The translations under genes and the position numbers were made by a program. The notes beneath the pieces are model-generated. The model had not been told where the DNA came from, searched no databases, and worked only from the letters and a program-made list of their open reading frames with translations. From a virus (Duplodnaviria > Heunggongvirae > Uroviricota > Caudoviricetes), in IMG/VR virus record IMGVR_UViG_3300010362_000014, positions 10,740 through 74,739 of that record: a stretch of DNA of 64,000 bases; one strand, 5' to 3'. Of this stretch, positions 61,210-64,000 are shown piece after piece (position 1 is the stretch's first letter; each line of letters starts with the position of its first letter).

Positions 61210-61566
61210 GGAATCTCCTCATTCCTGTAATGGGTCTACCTTCATGTCGTAGGCAGCAAATAATACCAATGCATTAATCGGACATGATAGTATACATTCT
61301 GTCAAAGAATGTATACTGTCAAATCTAACTAATCCGTTTTTATGTCCTCACGCAGTTCCGGAATCGAATTACGTCTCTTATGCTTCAAGATTTCCTCAGC
61401 TAATTTTACGAGTTGATCTCCAAATTGCTCATGTAGATTCCTGTTCGTTTATTCTAACAGATAAGGATTCTCTAGATCCGTTTAGTCAAACATAGCAAAA
61501 TAGGGGTTCTTATGAACCCCTATTCTACTAAACTCGACTAACCATGAGGTGTCAAGTTTGTGTCAC

Positions 61567-62337
61567 CTATTCGTCAGAATTGTCTGAACTGTCAGACTTC
61601 TCGCCGTTACGGCCCTCTTTGGCATCGACCTTAGCTTGCTCAGCCTCTGCGAAACTGCGCTTAGCGTTAGTTTCAAGCTCATCAATCTCAGCAGCGGTAA
61701 TACCAGCCTCACGCATCCAGCGACGATATTTCTCGACTAGACCGCGCTTTGTGGTAGCTCGCTGTTCCCACAGGTCGGCGCGGGATTCGGCATACAGTGC
61801 CTGAGCCACCGGACCCGTATCGGGCCGAACAAACAGCTCACGCAGCTCATCAGGAGTGCGCTTAGAAGCACTCACCCCGGTAGCCGAGCCACGGGTAGAA
61901 AGCCGTTGCGCACGCTCGGTCCAGAAATCCAATCCTTGAGGCATCAGAACGTAAATAGTTGGCTTTACGTCTGGGCCATCATCGGGGTGGCGAACCTTAA
62001 CATGCGGAAGAGGCTCACGCTTGGCATTAGCAGCCTGATATACATTAGGCGGCAAAACCATACCAAACTTGTGCTTGCCATCATCACCCACATAATAGGT
62101 CAGAAACTCGGCAAACTCGCCAACCTTCATACTACCTTCGGGTGCCTGCGGCAATACCTCTTCTGTTTCATCGGCTTCTTGCTCATCATTATCTGAGACA
62201 GAATCCTCGGCTTCGTCGAAGCCATCGCCGTTATCTTCATCAGGAGTAGTATCCTGAATCTGAGTTTGCTGCGGACCAACGAGTTCATCAAAAACAGCAT
62301 CCACAGACGATAGGGTGTTATCCATGATTATCTCCAA
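61567..62337 (-). CDS. acidic hypothetical protein
   Basis: ORF with D/E-rich termini. Confidence 0.35.
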   Translation of the reverse strand: MEIIMDNTLSSVDAVFDELVGPQQTQIQDTTPDEDNGDGFDEAEDSVSDNDEQEADETEEVLPQAPEGSMKVGEFAEFLTYYVGDDGKHKFGMVLPPNVYQAANAKREPLPHVKVRHPDDGPDVKPTIYVLMPQGLDFWTERAQRLSTRGSATGVSASKRTPDELRELFVRPDTGPVAQALYAESRADLWEQRATTKRGLVEKYRRWMREAGITAAEIDELETNAKRSFAEAEQAKVDAKEGRNGEKSDSSDNSDE

Positions 62338-62641
62338 TTTAATTAAGAAATGACTAGAAAGTTAAAAAGTTGAAATTACTAAAACTAGTAGGGATAAAAC
62401 TATATTACTATAACCTGTCCGTTACACGGTAGGTGTGCTGGTGCACTGCACCACAGGCGATACGGGTTTAGGTGTTAATCCTTGTTATGCTAGTTTGGGT
62501 ATAATATGTTAATATCGCCCGTATGTCTAGTTTGTACTATATGTCATGTATGTGCACCTTGGACAACCCACCGGCAGGAGGTTGTGGTGTACACCACATC
62601 CACCCGGCGCCGGCTGGATCATCCGAGCTACACATCTAATT

Positions 62642-63724
62642 CTAACTCGCTAACCAACCTTTGTCAACAAGCTCAGACAGGAAATTCTTTCCATTTTCGT
62701 TGATCATGAGTGCCAGTTTGGCCCGTCCACGTGTGCCATCCCGAATGGTACGCACGTCAAGTAAACCGTAGCGAGCAAGGCTACGCCAGTCTGTACGTGC
62801 CTTACCCACACCAAGAGAGGCAACCGTTACGTAGGTGATGATCTCGTCTGCTGGACTACGAACAATCAGAGGTTTCATGTCCTCAACATAGTATTTCCTA
62901 TCGGATTGTTCAATAACCCCAGAACCTATGATACCACTATTTAACTGCCTAATATAGTTTAATGCAAATTCTGATGTCATGACTTGAGCTGTATCAGATG
63001 TTAGTAAATCATGTGAAACAGTCCCGGACTCAGTATTAGCTGAGTGGTCTATCGGATTTGGAATTATGGTAATTCCTTCTAGTTCCTCTAGGTCCATCTG
63101 ATATTCTTGTTGTTGTTGAGTATTTGTAGTATCAGATGTTAGTAAGTCAGATTCTGGTATATCTGAAACATCTTGCTGTTGTGAATCCTGTATATAGCTT
63201 TGTGCCATCTTAGCATAGAACTTCTTTACCGCACGAGATATCGCCAAGTCTAGTACTTGGAGCAAATATACCGCTCTCCAAGTTATCTCGGCATTTATCA
63301 TCATGTGCTCAATCTCGCCCTGTGAACTCTGAGGGTTCTGTGAGTCCTGAGTATTAGCATTATATAGTGTTGATGTAGAGCTTGTATTTTTGCAAGCTAT
63401 CTTAATATCGTGCACCTGCTCGGCGACCCTGGCGCCGTAGGGGGTTAGGTCACGTCCCACAGAGGCAAGGGGTAATTTATAACATCTTGTTGCGGCAAAA
63501 TGAGATCTCAGAGAAATTGGGTTGACTTCACGCTTGATCCTATTGAGTAGATTTTGTTGCATTTCAGGGTTGGGTGCACTATTAGCAATATTGTATGCAT
63601 CTAGCCAATAGAACATCTCTCTGGACATACCTATGAGGTCAGTTCTTACTGCTTCATCTCCAAAAATAGGATTAATGATTACCAAGCCTTCTGGTTGACG
63701 ATAGACAGGCATTTTAGCTACCAA
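62642..63724 (-). CDS. hypothetical protein
   Basis: 360-aa ORF. Confidence 0.35.
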   Translation of the reverse strand: MVAKMPVYRQPEGLVIINPIFGDEAVRTDLIGMSREMFYWLDAYNIANSAPNPEMQQNLLNRIKREVNPISLRSHFAATRCYKLPLASVGRDLTPYGARVAEQVHDIKIACKNTSSTSTLYNANTQDSQNPQSSQGEIEHMMINAEITWRAVYLLQVLDLAISRAVKKFYAKMAQSYIQDSQQQDVSDIPESDLLTSDTTNTQQQQEYQMDLEELEGITIIPNPIDHSANTESGTVSHDLLTSDTAQVMTSEFALNYIRQLNSGIIGSGVIEQSDRKYYVEDMKPLIVRSPADEIITYVTVASLGVGKARTDWRSLARYGLLDVRTIRDGTRGRAKLALMINENGKNFLSELVDKGWLAS

Positions 63725-64000
63725 TCTCGTTATACGTTGATGATCTTGGATGCCTCACGGCCGAGTTGCAGAGAGTGACGGTAGTACGAGGTATAAAGTA
63801 CAGAGTACATCGTGAGGCCAAAACAGGGTAGTCAGCCGAACGGCTTGATAAGGCTGTTTAAATTAGAAAATGTCCTAGGACAAACCTGGCAAACTGGGGC
63901 CTTACTATATATAAACAACCGTCGATATAGGCTGACTACCACGGATGATCTTTAAATCAGGGTAGTCAGAAGTATAAATTCAAAGTTTGAGGTTGAAAAT

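Noticed and set aside
1-64000. CRISPR array, integrase/attP, rRNA
   Set aside because: I saw no regularly spaced direct repeats with spacers, no tyrosine or serine recombinase motifs, and no rRNA-like sequence.

Overview
This window looks like 64 kb of a large tailed dsDNA phage genome, siphovirus-like in gene order, about 40-45% GC by eye. Two signals point to a high-GC actinobacterial host of Streptomyces type. One is a DUF397 (BldB-like) protein. The other is a set of phage tRNAs that read A/U-ending codons, including a bldA-like tRNA-Leu(UAA).

Layout: 1-17.0 kb is a plus-strand tail module. It holds a major tail protein, a chaperone pair with an A_AAA_AAC -1 frameshift site, a 1013-aa tape measure protein, a distal tail protein, a Gly-rich protein, a GH25 muramidase-domain protein, paralogous tip/fibre proteins and a 22-aa x17 tandem-repeat protein.

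At about 17.03 kb the strand switches, and almost everything to the right is minus-strand. The 17.0-34.7 kb stretch carries the RuvC-like resolvase, holin-like protein, family-A DNA polymerase with an N-terminal UDG-family-4-like domain, putative primase/helicase, RecA-like ATPase, Cas4/RecB-like exonuclease, SNF2 helicase and ParB-like nuclease. The accessory region from 34.9 kb to the window end carries a Fic protein with a small overlapping upstream partner and two flanking paralogs, an SPFH/lipoprotein/membrane cluster, a split vWA gene, a cupin, a papain-like C1 peptidase and an RNA ligase. It also has at least 8 tRNA genes (Arg-TCT, Ile-TAT, Arg-CCT, Ser-TGA, Cys-GCA, Leu-TAA, Met-CAT, Thr-TGT) plus several tRNA-like fragments, a hairpin-rich 1.7 kb non-coding stretch, and a 0.9 kb ~65% GC island with a class-I aldolase gene flanked by TATACATTCTG repeats.

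No CRISPR array, integrase or rRNA was seen. All functional calls rest on motifs and gene order read by eye. No database search was run.
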